Assembly (NCBI GenBank): GCA_965649765.1
Contig: OZ287757.1
Span: forward strand, 3,410,001 to 3,474,000
DNA: 64,000 nucleotides
Direction of reading: 5' to 3'
DNA from: Bispira polyomma
Lineage: Eukaryota
In this document: positions 14,211 through 29,200 of the stretch, piece by piece
Position numbering within the stretch: position 1 is the first letter of the stretch
Layout: each line of letters opens with the position of its first letter
Program-made: the position numbers and the translations under genes
The notes under the pieces: generated by a model
Told to the model about the DNA's origin: nothing
Seen by the model: only the letters and a program-made list of their open reading frames with translations
Database searches by the model: none

Positions 14211-17200
14211 TCATATAAATACAGTTCCTTTGACCATCACACTTTTGCCATGGTACAAAGAAGGGAATACATACATTTGAACTACTGCACCCACTGCGTC
14301 TGGCTGAGCAGAACCGTAGTGAACATTCTGAGTTTTACCACCATCCCAAGATTTTCCAATACCTAGAGAATAATAATAATAATGTTGTTTTAAATTGTGT
14401 TATTTAACTAACTTTACTATATTGTCTCTAAAACACTGTTCACTTTCTTTTCAAAATATCGATATTATCTTAAATATCTATACACCATTAGACAATATTA
14501 GTGAAGCATTACTGTGTGATATTAGTCGATGAATTGTTTAATTATGTCAAGGTGACATGAATACAATCACATATAAATTACAAATATTAAATGGGTATTT
14601 AGGCAGTGATACTGTCAGTACTAGTACCATATGTATTTGATACAGTGAACTATTATCAGAGGATAACCTACTCTCTTAAAAATAGAAGAACTCAAGGCAC
14701 ATTCTGATATATGATGACCAACCATTAAATGGGCACAATAATTGGGATCTTTTGTCACTAATGTACTCAAGCTCATGTCTTCTATTTGAGCACTGGTGTT
14801 GGTTGGCCGTACTTGTAAAAATTATGTTTTAAATCGGTGACACTTCACTAGCTTTAATTAGGAATACAACAAACACTTACCAGTGCAATCATATTCCATT
14901 GGAGGTCTTTGGACAATCATCTTCCAAGCCAATATTGATGATTCGGTGATGAAGGTATCTAATATATTCTGTTCAGAAAGGTGATCAAACCATTTCTAAA
15001 GTAAAGAGTTCAGTGACATTATTAGTGTCCAAATAACTAAAATGTAGCAAGTACAAAATGTGGCAAGTACAAGTTTAGTTGTAAGGTATTGATATTTAAC
15101 AATACTTATTGGTGGACAGAGTTTAGAATCTTTTCTGACGAGATCAGCCAAATACTAAGAATAAATTACATTGGGATGAGTTTTTTAAATATCTATTTTC
15201 TGATACTTTTTCATCTCCATTTCATGCCTTATTATTCCCATAGTATTTTCGATATTTTTGTAAACTAATTTTGAACTTCAGATAAAACTTTCACCAGGAA
15301 CTAAAGCAAATTTTGGGAATAGCAGTTATGATTTCAGGGAACTAAACAAAAATAGTTTTGGGGTGTTGAGTGCTTGTCGACAGACGTAGGTTCTGGCAGC
15401 AAGAAATGCTATTGGCCTTTATTTATTTATTATATGTGCACAAATATTGCTTAGCATGGTCAAAAATAATAATCATATTGTAGGAATAACTATAGGCGAT
15501 ACTGTATATAAGATAATACAATTTGATGATGACACAACTATAATACTGAATGTTATATCTGGTTCTCGATTTTGGCAGCATTAAATATTTTAGAAATATA
15601 TGGATCATTCTCTAGACTAAAGGTTAACACAAACAAAACTAATTTGGATGGAGAAGAAAATATTTTCAAAGGACAAATTCGAAGTAGGAAACAGAATTTG
15701 TTTGTTAGGAATAACATTTTCAGTTGATCTGGGCAAAATTCTTTTTAAAAAGTAGAAAGCAAAATAAAACAGTCATTAAACTACTGGACAATGTACTATT
15801 TACACATATTGGTAAAATAACAGTGATAAACACTTTAATGCTACCCAAGTCATCTCTTTATTCCATACCCAACGCTGATACTAAGTTTATTCAAGAAATA
15901 AATACCATATTTTACAAATTTATCTGGGATGACAAACTAGATAAAGTTAGTCGAAAGCAATTGTAATAAGGGTATTTGGTAGGAGATGTAAAAATAATAA
16001 ATGCTAACTGTTTTATCACAGGGTTTAAAGTATCTGTCATTTATATTTGAACAAAGATGCCCGCTGTATACAGTTGGCAGAGATTAGTATTGGCTCAGTC
16101 GATAACATATTTTTACCTTGGGGACTGAGTGGTTCATACTAAGAGCTCATATAATTACCAGCAAGTTTTGGAAAGTTGTTCTGATAGACTGTAACAGAGA
16201 GTATCAAGTTTACTAAACCTCAAGGTGTTTCTTTAGCGTGTTTTAAAGTTATAATGGTGCAAATGGGGTAAAAAATATAGGATTGAGAAGAAAAAAAAAG
16301 GTTTTAAATAGGGTCCCAGTTTTAAGTATTACCCTATTTGGGAGTAACATTTAAATAGGTCAATGATTATGTGATCAGATGAGTTCAGATTTGTTCCCCA
16401 TTTCTGACAGAATACTTACTCTATTTGATTCCTGCAGCCTTGATGTTACTGCACTCGCAATTTGGCCCATGCAAACAGATCCTGATAGCATTCTGAAGAG
16501 ATCTGCTACCTGGTTTTTAACAACACCAGAGAATGGGTCTGCAATGTCCCCTGGTATCTGAACAGAATATGAAATTATAATGATGTTACAATTTACATGT
16601 AGTTTAATTTTCTACATTATTACATATTGCAACCATTTCTGTTATTCTTGACATGCAAGTGAACCCAAAATGCTGCAAACCAAATGGCAGCCAAAATTGA
16701 AAAATAAAAAAAAAACTGTCAGATTCCTGACAGACTCAAAATGAGGTCGAAAGTTTTGTATCTTGCACCATTTATGAAAAAACAGACATTTCTGGAAAAT
16801 ACGCGGAAATACAAGATGACTGCCAAAGTCGTAAAAATTCTGGAAAGTTAGCATAGACCCTGAACAATATACCCTGTTGGCCAAAATCTCTCTATTTCCA
16901 AAATAACAGACATTTCCGGATTAGACGAGAAAATTTAATATAGCCACCATAATCGTAAATTTCCCCAAAATTTCATAGACACTGAAAAAATGCTGAACGG
17001 GCCGAAAATAAGTTTGAAATTGCTCTATATCGCACTGTGTATGAGATGCCTCAAGATGAGAAAATTCAAGATGGTGCCAAAATTGTAAAATTTCTGAAAA
17101 TGTGTCACAGACCCAGAACAAAAATAACCTGACGGCAAAAATTAGGTTAGAATCGCCTTATTTCGCACCATTTCTGATATGACTTTTCATTGTCATTGGC

Positions 17201-20200
17201 AAAGAAAACAAAATATCATAATCTAAAACTTAAAAATTTAAGAAAAATGTGATGAAGAAATTTTAATGTACATATTGCAAGGTATATTTATTCAAAACTA
17301 CAGACTGATCTTTTCAGTGGTACTGAAAAAGAAGATTGTAAAAGAAAGTGCTATTTGGACAGGAAAGATAAGAAATTTTTTAAAAGACCTAAGTAATACC
17401 CTGATCCAGATGCCATGAGCACATTTTTATGCTCGGGCCCCAAGGTGCCCAGAAAAAAATCAAGAAGTCTGTATGTAGCCTATGTATTTTATGAGCCGTC
17501 GACGCGGACACAGACCTATGGGAATAAGTCAGTGATTTCACCATAAAAGTGACAAATAACTTCCACAGGAAATACAGTGTTCACCCACCTTATTTTGTGC
17601 CATTACTTCTGCATTTCCAGTGAGTTTAGACAAAGTTTCAAAAACATTTTCTCTGCATTCTACATACAGTCCTTTCACTTCCTCATATGAGATCTAGAAA
17701 ATAGTAAAGCAAAGCATCAAGATATAAATGTGCTTAATGGGGTGAGATGAGTTATTGTGTAGCTAACTCCTGTAGCACCTGTGAATATGTCAAAGAGTAA
17801 GTATAGTATTTCAGGTCAATAATTTCAAGATACTTTAAGTAGCTATAATTATTGAATCATTTATATAGGGAACTATTGATATACATAATCATCCAAGGCA
17901 TTCATTTGCAAACGGAATCGTCCCATAACATAGCACAGGTCATCATTAGTAGGTAATAGCGTGGTGACATTGGTTTTCATACCTTTAAAATATCACAAAG
18001 TAATTTCAGTTTTTCTACTTCATCCATTTCCTGTGCTTTACAGTCCAGTGCTTCTTTGGCCTCTGTCCAGACATCGGCCATAAACTGGTGATAATCATCA
18101 GCTACTGTCATCGGTCTATGTTTGATACTGATGTTTTCAATGTTGCTCTCATCGGAACTTACTTTGGCACCCATTTCTTTAGACAATCTGCAGAAATTAT
18201 GCATACTGTATTAAACTTGAAAGATGCACACAAATACATTGTCCCTCAAATTAACCACTTATATTTTAATTTTTTATATTTTTAAATATACAAAATCACT
18301 ACTTTTGTGAATATACTTTGTGTACATTTCAATAACCCTTGTAATGCTTGTAGTTGATATAACCAAGGCTTAGACTGTATTTCCTTTGAAACTTTGACAC
18401 AGTATAAATAGGAGAGTTTTGTCACCGAGTTTAACAATAGATCAAATATCATCAGCCAAGCGATGCCAATTTAAATAACCACATTATATTGCTAAGGTGA
18501 TCTAAATATAATCATCCCCCCAAAAAACAGCTGACATAATAGTGAAAGTTGATTGTGCTTAAACTCAAAAATATATATTCATGTTTTTGTGTTAAGCTTT
18601 ATTGACCTAATCGATTAAATGTGCATGTTAAGGTTATTTACCTAATAAATCTAGTATAACCTTTAGTATCAAAAAACGATTGTTTAGATACTGAGAGGTT
18701 CAAAAACCAATTATAAAAATAATTCAACCAAATTAATAAAATACAAAAGACATACAATAGCATCATAGTGTAACAAATCATAGTGCATTATCTACAGAAT
18801 ATCTGGATTTTCAAACATAGGTCAAAGCAATTTACATGCTGACCAGCATTTCATACAATTTTGTCATACAAGTATTTTATCATATTATATAATATTGGCA
18901 TATGGTGATATTGAAATCTCTCCATAAATAGAACTTACAAAAGAAAGTGCTTTTATTACAGAAAATATGACAGATGAACATTTTTTAGGGTTGAACTTTG
19001 TCCAAATAATCAAATATTTCGCTGACCATTTTAGATTATGGAAGTTGTACTGTACTAAGTTTTAAGTGTACTTGACATTTTAAACCAAGAGCTGCCTCGC
19101 TATCTTTACACAAACCTCAGCAAGTATTTTTCTTTCTCTTCCAGTGCACTGTCCAATTGTTTTTCTAGACTTTTTATTATGTCACACTGTTTCTTTGAAG
19201 TAGCATTTGCATGAACGAGCTGCTGCTCCTGTTCATTTAGTCTAAGTTAACAGAATACAAATTTAAAAAATCGTTGGAAATTTGCAACTTTCACTGTTTT
19301 CAAAATCAAATATAAATTTCAATTTACTTTAACTTTTCTAAAAATTCTAAAATTGTGACTTTCACTGTTTTTAAAATCAAATATACATTTCTATTTAATT
19401 TTAACCTATTTTCTAGTATAATAAAACGAATTTAGTACACTAAATGCAATTAACAAGTAATAGGTTGTAGATAGTGTTCATTAATTCATTTTCTATCAAT
19501 GCTAAAAACTCTTTCGCCAGTCTGAATGTTCAAACATGAGAAACGGTCCATTATGACTATAAATCACTGGATAAAGGAATATATTAAGTGGAATATGAAT
19601 CTGAATAAAAATACGTCTTACATTAAGTCTGACAAAAGTGTTTATAAAGACAAAGACTTAATCAGAAAATTTGTAATTTCTCTGAAACCGTTGGCATATA
19701 ATGTGGAGTATATCCTGGTGGTGTAAAAAATAACTGTTTTGGAGATATTGCAACAGATACACAATATAATATTTCTGTTACAATTGCTGACAGTCGGCCA
19801 TTTAGAATGATTGCTCAATTTTCTGTCATGTCATGATTGAAATAAAACAATTAAGAGGCAGGCACTGAGAGAACAAATCATGCATTTACATCGTGACTAT
19901 CCACTTAGGAATTATTATGGAAACTATGCACTTACAAGAGTATTGTTCTGATTTCCAGCTTGAGTGACAACCTCTAGCAAAGGTCACACATTGACACTAA
20001 ACTTTAAGGGTGTGTCAGAAATATATCAATCAATTTTAACTTGTGACAAACTACTTGGTACATATTTGGAAGAATATATTTAAATTCAAAGCCTGTATTC
20101 CAATATCTAGGTTTTGTAGTGATAACAGACTCACCTCTCACCTGTGCAGTGATCGGATTAAAAGACGGCCCTGCCATGTATGTGGGAAAGTGGCAGTATC

Positions 20201-23200
20201 CTGTTCTGATTTTTTTATAACTCCTTTATTAGTTGTGTTATGACACAAGACATGTTGAAAATAACGTTGAACACAAACACTAAACTGACTTTCTCTGACA
20301 AACTTTTAGATTTATTGTGATTTTAATGATGCTTTCAATAAAGGACAGTTTTTTTTCGTGGGCCAAGTATTGATGTAGCTGTTCAATTTAAAAATGACCT
20401 GACAACGGATAACAAATATCATCAACAAGGCCTAATTATCTAGATGTCATCCATATAAAGGTCAAACATATGTATAACCAACCTTGATGCATAATGTGTT
20501 CTATCATCTAAAGCTTTTGCCAATTCTGCCTGCAAAATGACGGCATGATCATCTTTCTCTTTCAACTGACCATATGCATATGTCAGTTTTTGCTGAAGTT
20601 CTTCTAATCTAAATGTACAGACTTAAAAATTTATCCCTTAAAAGATTGAGTCACAGGGTAAAGGAATATATTGTGAGAAAATATCTGAATACACATATGT
20701 CTTACATTAAGTTTGACATTATGTCTATTTTAGACAGAAAATAAATCTGAAACATTGTATGCAGAAGCTACTAAATGTATTTGTACCAAGCTGCAACTAG
20801 AAATTGGGTTAGTAACATAAAAACAATGCATCCATGAAAGACCAGTGTGAAGTGTCGAAGAAATAATTATTGCACTAATCAACATTCCTGTAAAATCCAA
20901 AATTCCTGATAGCAATCAAAATGAAAAAACAAAGATGGTCGTCAAATTCAAAATCTTTTTGAAAAGTTGCTGTACACATATAGCTACTGAAAGCCATTTA
21001 ATGGCTGCAGACATGGAAGACATACTTTGTTACCTCTACATCACCTACCCCCTTCCATTTATGTCAGATACTATTTTCCTAAATGTTTTGAGCATATTTA
21101 TCCATCATAATTTCTACAACAAAGATAAAACTAAGATGATAACATCACACGGCATTGCATTTAAATTCATACTTGTATTATTATACTCATAATTTATACT
21201 CATATATATCAACCTTTGTTTGGCATTCAAAATTCCAATTAACCTTTTCTGGATTGCTAATGGGAATGGGAGCCAATGACGGAAGACACAATGATTTAAG
21301 TGGTAATCCGAGAAACTATGTATCCAAATAATTTGTATTCCTAAACTGGTGTGTTTACTAGGTCAGAGCAGCAGATATAGATAAAATTATGTACTTTGTT
21401 GATGGTTATATTAATGTTACGAAATCCATTATCAGTATATTTTATTATATAAACAGACCTTTCTTGGATGTCTTTCTTCTGGTGTGTAGATTGCTCCAAT
21501 TCTTTCTCAAGATTATTTATCTTGTCCTGTGATTCTTCTAAATGGCTGCCTGCTGGTGGACAGTGTTGATCGTTTATTCTAGAGAGCATATGGAGACTTG
21601 ATATTTTTACAGCACCATCGCAATATAATTAAATAATACACATAAAATATCGCATGATAATATTATCTAAGGATATTGTATTTCTTGATTTTGATTGATA
21701 CATATATATAATCATGTTTTATAAAGCAGTAAAGGTCACGTATCTTTAACGATTAATGCTTAATAGTGTTGAAATTACATTTTAAGGCATTATGTTGTGT
21801 ATAAAAAGCAAACCTGCATCTGCAGGACCAAACACAATTTTTTCGACCCTAAAAAAAATGTTCCCAGAAATTGAAAAAATATGAAAAAAAGTATTATCGG
21901 TAATAGGTTACACATAGCTGGAGTTCCTAAAACGCATACCACTTCCTGCATTCACAAACAGGCTTGCATATATTTTTCAAAATGGGGCAATTTTCTGAAA
22001 GGAAGCAGTTTCTTACATTTACAGTAATTAAAATATTTGGCCAATGTCGGCCGGGAAATGTTGGCTGAAAGGGAGCTTAGACTAACCCAACTCAAAATAT
22101 GATGTAACTAACCCATCTCAATATATAATGTAACTAACCAAACTTAATATATGATGTAACTAACCCAACTCAATATATGATGTAACTAACACAACTCAAT
22201 AAATGATGTAACTAACCCAACTTAATATATGATTTAAATAACCCAACTTAATATATGATGTAACTAACCCAACTTAATATATAATGTAACTAACCCAACT
22301 CAATATATGATGTAACTAACCCAACTTAATATATGATGTAACTAACCCAACTTAATATATGATATAAATAACCCAACTCAATATATAATGTAACTAACAC
22401 AACTCAATAAATGATGTAACTAACCCAACTTAATCTATGATGTAACTAACTCAAATCAATATATGATGTAACTAACTCAACCTAATATGTAATTAACCTA
22501 ACTCAAAATATGATGCAACTAACCCAACTTAATAAATAATGTAACTAATTCAACTCAATATATGATGTAACTAACCCAACTTAATATGTAATTAACCCAA
22601 CTCAATATATGATGTAATTAACCCAATTTAATATGTAATTAACTCAACTCAATATATGAAGTAACTAACCCAAATCAATATTTGATGTAACTAACCCAAC
22701 TCAATATATAATGTAACTAACCCAACTTAATATATGATCTAACTAACCTAACTTAATATATAATGTAACTAATTAAACTTAATATATGATGTAACTAACC
22801 CAACATAATATGTAATGTAACTTACCCAACTTAATATATGATGTAACTAACCCAACTCAATATATGATGTACGTAACCCAACTCAATATATTTGTTAATT
22901 AACAGAACTCAATATATGATATAACAAGACAAGAGGAGAATGGCCTGGCGGCCATATCATGATAATGCCACTACAAAGCAAGTTACTGACGAGTCTGGAA
23001 ATAGTGAACCAGTCACTAGTCAGCGATCGAAATGGATTTCGAGAACCATCTACTGTGGGTACCCAGTTTGGTAAAAAGGCAAAATTCAAAGTAAAATCTG
23101 AAACATATGTATAGACAACCGAATCACCTTAAAAAAATGTTTTGATAATTTATGTTTCACATAAGTATTTTGTATCCCCACACACATTTTTTAGCGCTAC

Positions 23201-26200
23201 ACTGGTACACTTAGTTCAATTATAATTGTTACCAAGCAAAAAAAATATATTTCCTGCCATCAAAAACCATCCATTGAATCTAAAATTTACTCCTGTATCT
23301 AAAATTCACCACCCCTATGATTTAAGCCAAATAAATAAAAACTGGCGAAAAATAACTGGTAAGGAAGGCAAATTATTCATAAAAATATTAGTTTAAGCAA
23401 ATATTTACCCCAATTCTACCCAAAACACAACATTTTCTAGGTTGCAAATTTCAGATTGTGGCAAATTTTATATTCCTTACAGCCACAGCCACCCATTAAC
23501 CAAAGTATGTATATATAGGTTATATATCTTCCCAAACCTAATGTTTGTCTTGTATATTATATATTCCTTTCGAAACCATTTCAAATGGGCTGTAATGGAA
23601 CCTTTAATCAAATCTGAGGATCCCAATATTTAAAAGCTAAATACCTTCTATACTGCATATATTCACACCAAATTAATTTTGGACCAACTAGAGACCAAAA
23701 AGTGTATATATACCAAATTCAAGAGCATAACTCCCTACAGATTCAGAGATTACCCTGTTGACACGTTGTAACCATGTGTAACCAAGGTTCTTCCACTATA
23801 ATTGGATTTCGAGAACCATCTACTGTGGGTACCCAGTTTGGTAAACCAAAGGCAAAATTCAAAGTAAAATCTGAAACATATGATATTGTTTAAACCTCGA
23901 AAGTATTACTAAATATAACTCACTGGGCCATTTTTGGTAAATTCCCTGTTGCAGGTGAACAAAGGTCTGAATTTGAAATTGTTATGGTAGTTCCACGAGC
24001 TGAAATTACATAAAATATAACATTACCGTAAATGGCGTGCATCTTGTAACTATTCACTTAAATATAGTTTCATGATTCAAAGTATCAATAAGCATTTGTA
24101 TCTCTATTTCTCTGTGATTTACTTGAACTGAAACTAAATTACCTAAAGTGAAATGTTTATTGATCAGAGACCCTCTCTTATCCAAGTGAGTTGGACATAA
24201 ATCCTGATGATGTAAGAGTTGAGAAGCGGTATTTGCTAAGAAAAAATATCCTAGTGTATATGTATGCATTAATTACTTCTAGGGATTTCCGATTTAACTA
24301 AACTGTTGAGTGACCGCCTTTTGATCGGCAGGTCCATGGATGTAAACCTGCCAGAGGTATTAGCTTCGATTTTAATATTACAATCCTCAACCACCAGGTA
24401 AAATATTATAAGGGTTGAGGTTTAAAAACAGTTCAGCGCCCATATTCACTAAAGTTCTTATACTTAGAATAATTCTTATACTTAGAATAAGAATCATTCT
24501 TATACTTAGAATAAGAATCATTCTTATACTTAGAAAATTTTCCATTTTAATAATTTTGTTATTCCTATTCTTAGATTAAGAAATTTCTTAACTAAAAATT
24601 GTAAAAAGCAATACATAAGAATGCCAGGGGCCGTATTCACTAAAGTTTTTATACTTAGAATAAGACTTTTTCATGTTCACTAAAGTTGTCATACTTAGAA
24701 TAATTCTTATACTGAGAATTATGCTTAGAAAAATTCTTATACTTAGAATTTTTGCTTATTCTTAGAAAGTTTTCTAAGAATGAGCTTTGATTCTAAGAAT
24801 GGGAAAGACCTTACTTAAGTTAAGAAAAAAACATGGCATTCTTTATGTAAGAATAGCTAAGAAAATTCTTATTCTAACTATAAGAATAAAAAATTCTTAG
24901 AATAGAAAATTTTTTAAGCATAAGAATGATTCTTATTCTAAGTATAAGAATGATTCATATTCTAAGTATAAATATGATTCTAATTCTAAGTATGACAACT
25001 TTAGTGCATATGGCCCTATGTCTTTTTCTTAACTTAAGTAAGGTCTTGACCATTCTTAGAATTAAAGCTCATTCTTAGAAAATTTTCTAAGAATAAGTAA
25101 AAATTCTAAGTATAAGAACTTTAGTGAATACCAAAACTTCTTATTCTAAGTATAAGAACTTTAGTGAATACAGACCCAGGTATTACCCACCCAGGATAAG
25201 CCGGGTTAACCTGTACTGGGGAATACTTGGTAATACTTTCAAAAGTGAGCAATACTCTAAAAGGCTGGGTAATACTGCGAAAGGTTGGTCATACTAAAAA
25301 GAAACCTTGAATAATAATGTATATTTTTTTTTAAATATTTATTTACATAAGTCGATGAGAAAGATGTTTTTTCCCGACAAGTTATAACTGTTCAACAATT
25401 TATGGAAACTAATGAAGGGTTAAAATTCTGCTTTTATATAATTGTTGTTAAAAGATTAAAGGCCACAGTACTGAAGTAGGAATGTCTCTAATGTGAGATG
25501 GTGTAATCCCACATAAAATATGATATGAAAATTATCCTGTAACAGAAAGTATTTGCCACTTAGCTCAGGTAAGTCTAAGGTTTCACTATAATAAGTTGTT
25601 ATGGTGGGCTGACGCCCGTGCGACAGCCCCCCTCAGTTCTGGTGGCAGGTCACTGGGAGGCTAATTAAGCCACCTGGGGTCACGGGGGCAAGTATAAAAG
25701 GGATTGCCGCCAACAGGCGCCATCATTAGTGAAAAACAGTTCTTAGATACAAGTGTTTTTACAATTGGGGTTTTTACTACCCAGGGCTTTTACTACCCAG
25801 ATATTGTTTTACATTTTAGTTGAATGTGTAGTCATGCCTAAGGAATACCCGTGTAGTGTATGTTCTGGTCGGCACGGACGTCCAGTTGGGAAGAAATGTA
25901 AATTTAATCCGTTGGACAGCGTCGCTGATGAGGTGGCTGCCGTTGATCCTGCTGTGCCTGCTGTTTCTGATTCCGTATCTAGTTTGATACTTCAACAACT
26001 GGTTGTAATGAATGAGAAGATGGACAGCATGGATCAACGAGTACAAGCTACTGAGGCGGCGCTGTGTAAACCCAGCGCCCAGGCATGTAACACAGTTTCT
26101 AAACCTGTATCTAATGTCCCTAGTGTTAGTGAACCAGTGATTGAGGCCGTTGTGCCCTCCCTAGATTACCTGCGTTCAAATTCCAGCTTACAAAGTCAGG

Positions 26201-29200
26201 TAGACCAGCGGTTGCTGCAACTGCAACAACTCCACGATTTAACGGGAGGTAAACTGAAATCCCAAAGAGGTGGCGCGGAAGCGCCCGTTAAACGTCATGT
26301 TGATTGGCCACAAAATTTTGTCTTGTCTGGTGTAAAAAAGGTTAGGCCCACTTACGATGACCTTACTTTGGTACAGTTCGTTTCCGGCTTTGTTCGCTGT
26401 ACGCAAGAGCAAAAAGACTCCTCGGTCCGCGAGGCTATGTTGGAATATCTGGCATGCCTGATGGATGACGCCCATGATTTTTCGTGGGACGCCGCCAAAG
26501 CCGCTCACGCCATTTTATTGACCAACATGGAAATGGACCGATTGAACTGGACAGATGTCGAAAAGGTCGACCGGATACGCCGCGCTCATGCACAGCGTCA
26601 TGTAACGTCCTCAGCTAGTGGGTCTGGCCTTTCTAAAAGCAATATTGGCAGTAGGGGTAAAACCTCGGTGAAAACAGTGGGAGTAAACTGTCGATTCTTT
26701 CAGGAAGGCACGTGCAAATTTGATGCCAGCCATCGCACTTCTGGACAGTGGTTCAAACACTGCTGTGAGAGCTGTGGTGGCCCGCATCAAACCAAATTGT
26801 GCTTCAAAAAATCGGCCGCAAAAAACTAAGGGGCCACTGCAGTAGTGCAGTGGCTGCTAAGAAACTTGTACGTGAAACCTGCTCCAGAGTTGTATATAAT
26901 TCTACTTTTAGGGATTTTAAACTGTTTGATCATGTGTGTTGTAAAGATAATATGTATACTGGACCCCGACTTAACAGGTCATACCGGGACGTGTTGCAAC
27001 AGGGCCTTGTGGTTCCTGGTATCGAGATTGGTGAAAACCGGGAAATGGGGACAGTTAACCCTATGTCTGTTAATAAAGCCCCACAAGGTAGTGTGTTCCA
27101 TAATACCGCATTACACAAGTTGTCGGGAGGGAGGCATTCACCCGTGGAAGTGTTAAATACACCCGCTGACAGGCGACGTGAGAAAACAATTCACCAAAAG
27201 GTGTTAAGAAAAACACCTTTGGGTGGTGTGAAAACTTCTGTGAATAGGCGGGTCGGTAACCATGCAAACCGGGTGTTACAAAATCAACCAATTGTGTCCA
27301 AAACAAGTAAACTAAGTGATGGCCAAGGCGGGCCTAGACGGTTGGGTTCTCTGAGTGTGAAAACAATTGGCGCGGGTACCACTTCCAGTAATGCTAACAA
27401 TAGTGGGTTTCGCCTTCCCCTGCATAACCGGTTTAGTGGCCTAGACATTCCTGATGTAGAATTTCCTGAATCTGTTGACACGTTGGGTAAGGTCGATTTC
27501 ACACCTATTCCACTTCTTGACTCGAGTGACACGTTGGGTAGGGTCGATTGCACACCTATTCTACCACCTGACAAGAGATCTAACCCGTGTGATGACAAGT
27601 ATGTACTGGACCTCTCAGGAGGCCTTGATAAGAGACAGCGCTTAAATGCAGCTAAAGATAATGTGACCTACAAGTTGTGGGATATACAGAATAGTGGGAA
27701 GTATGGGTTCATACCAACTAGTTCCTGGGGTAACCCAGTGATTGATAGCTCCAATAACCAATTGATCACAGATGTGTTTACACTACATAAGGCCCTTAAA
27801 TTGGATGGGAGACCAAATTATAAGGGTTTACAAGTCCCCATACATACCCAACTGACGGTCCCTGCCTGGGAAAAGTATTTAGCTAATTATTGGGATTGGG
27901 AACTCCCCTTACTGATAAAATTCGGATTTCCTCTTGACTGTAATGAAGAACATGACTTCAAGTCTGACTTGAACAATCATGCTTCAGCCAAGCAATATCC
28001 TGAGCATGTGAATCATTACCTGAAAGAAGAATGTTCTATGGGTGCTATGTATGGACCTTTCGTCCATCCCCCAATTGATGATGTGCACACATCTCCATTT
28101 ATGACTAGAGACAAATCAAGCTCGGTTAACCGACGAGTTATAATAGATCTCAGTTGGCCCATCGGTCATTCGGTTAATGCAGCTGTGTCATCAAATTCGT
28201 ATTTGGACAAGGAATTTGTACTTACTTACCCTTCTATAGATGACATAACCCAACAAGTGTTGCAAAACGGTAGGGGCTCCTTGCTATTTAAAGCGGATAT
28301 TAGTCGCGCATTCCGTCATGTGACCATAGACCCCAGAGACATCAATCGTCTGGGCTTATACTGGGACGGCTACTATCTCGACGGCTCGTTGCCCTTTGGC
28401 TACCGACACGGTTCGGTGATTTTTCAGAGAATTTCTGACAGTATAAGGTATATCATGGAAGGTGAAGGTCATAAAATCACCAACTATATCGACGATCTCT
28501 TATGTTCTGCTGTTCCCTCGAAAATCTATGAAACGTACCACCGACTGCAGGCCCTTTTGGCCGAGTTGGGTTTGACTCTTAGCAAGAAGAAGCTGGTTCC
28601 TCCAGCCACCCGGGTAACCTGCCTAGGCATAGTTATAGAAACAGTTCGGTTCACTACATCCATACCAGAGGACAAACTAGCTCAGGTTCAAAAAATATGT
28701 GCCAGTTGGAGTGATAAAAAGCAGTGTACTAAGCGGCAGCTCCAATGTTTATTGGGTTCTTTGCTGTATATTTCCAAATGCGTGAAGTACTCACGATTTT
28801 TTCTGAATCGGATGTTGCAACTCCTCCGAAGCAATCACCACGAAACAAGTATCAAAATTAACCCTGACTTCAAAAAGGACCTTAACTGGTTCATTCAGTT
28901 TCTCCATAAGTACAATGGGGTGACATTTTTTCATCATGCCCCCATCACTGACATTGTAGAGTTGGATGCCTGCCTAACAGGCATGGGAGGAGTGTATGGC
29001 AAACAAGTATATTACCTTCCCATTCCTGCTGCTATGCACAAACATAATATTGCTTCATTGGAGATGCTCAACATTCATGTGGCTTTGAAGTTGTGGGGCA
29101 AATACTGGCAGGGACGTAGACTGTTAATTAAATGTGATAACCAGGCTGTTGTGAGTGTCCTTACGCATGGTAGAACTAGAGATAGCGAATTAGCCCTGTA

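Noticed and set aside
22081-22920. CRISPR-like array
   Set aside because: Head-to-tail 26-bp units with no unique spacers, no cas genes, eukaryotic intron: a minisatellite.
25600-25603. TATG at both ends of element 1 as a 4-bp target duplication
   Set aside because: The motif overlaps element sequence defined by the B1/A2 junction; only a 1-nt overlap is supported, and YR integration is not expected to make such duplications.
25753-25833. GTG start for gag, or a 67-nt leader intron ending at ttttag 25819
   Set aside because: The GTG start reflects bacterial-style ORF calling; the leader donor (gtgttt) is weak and unsupported in element 2.
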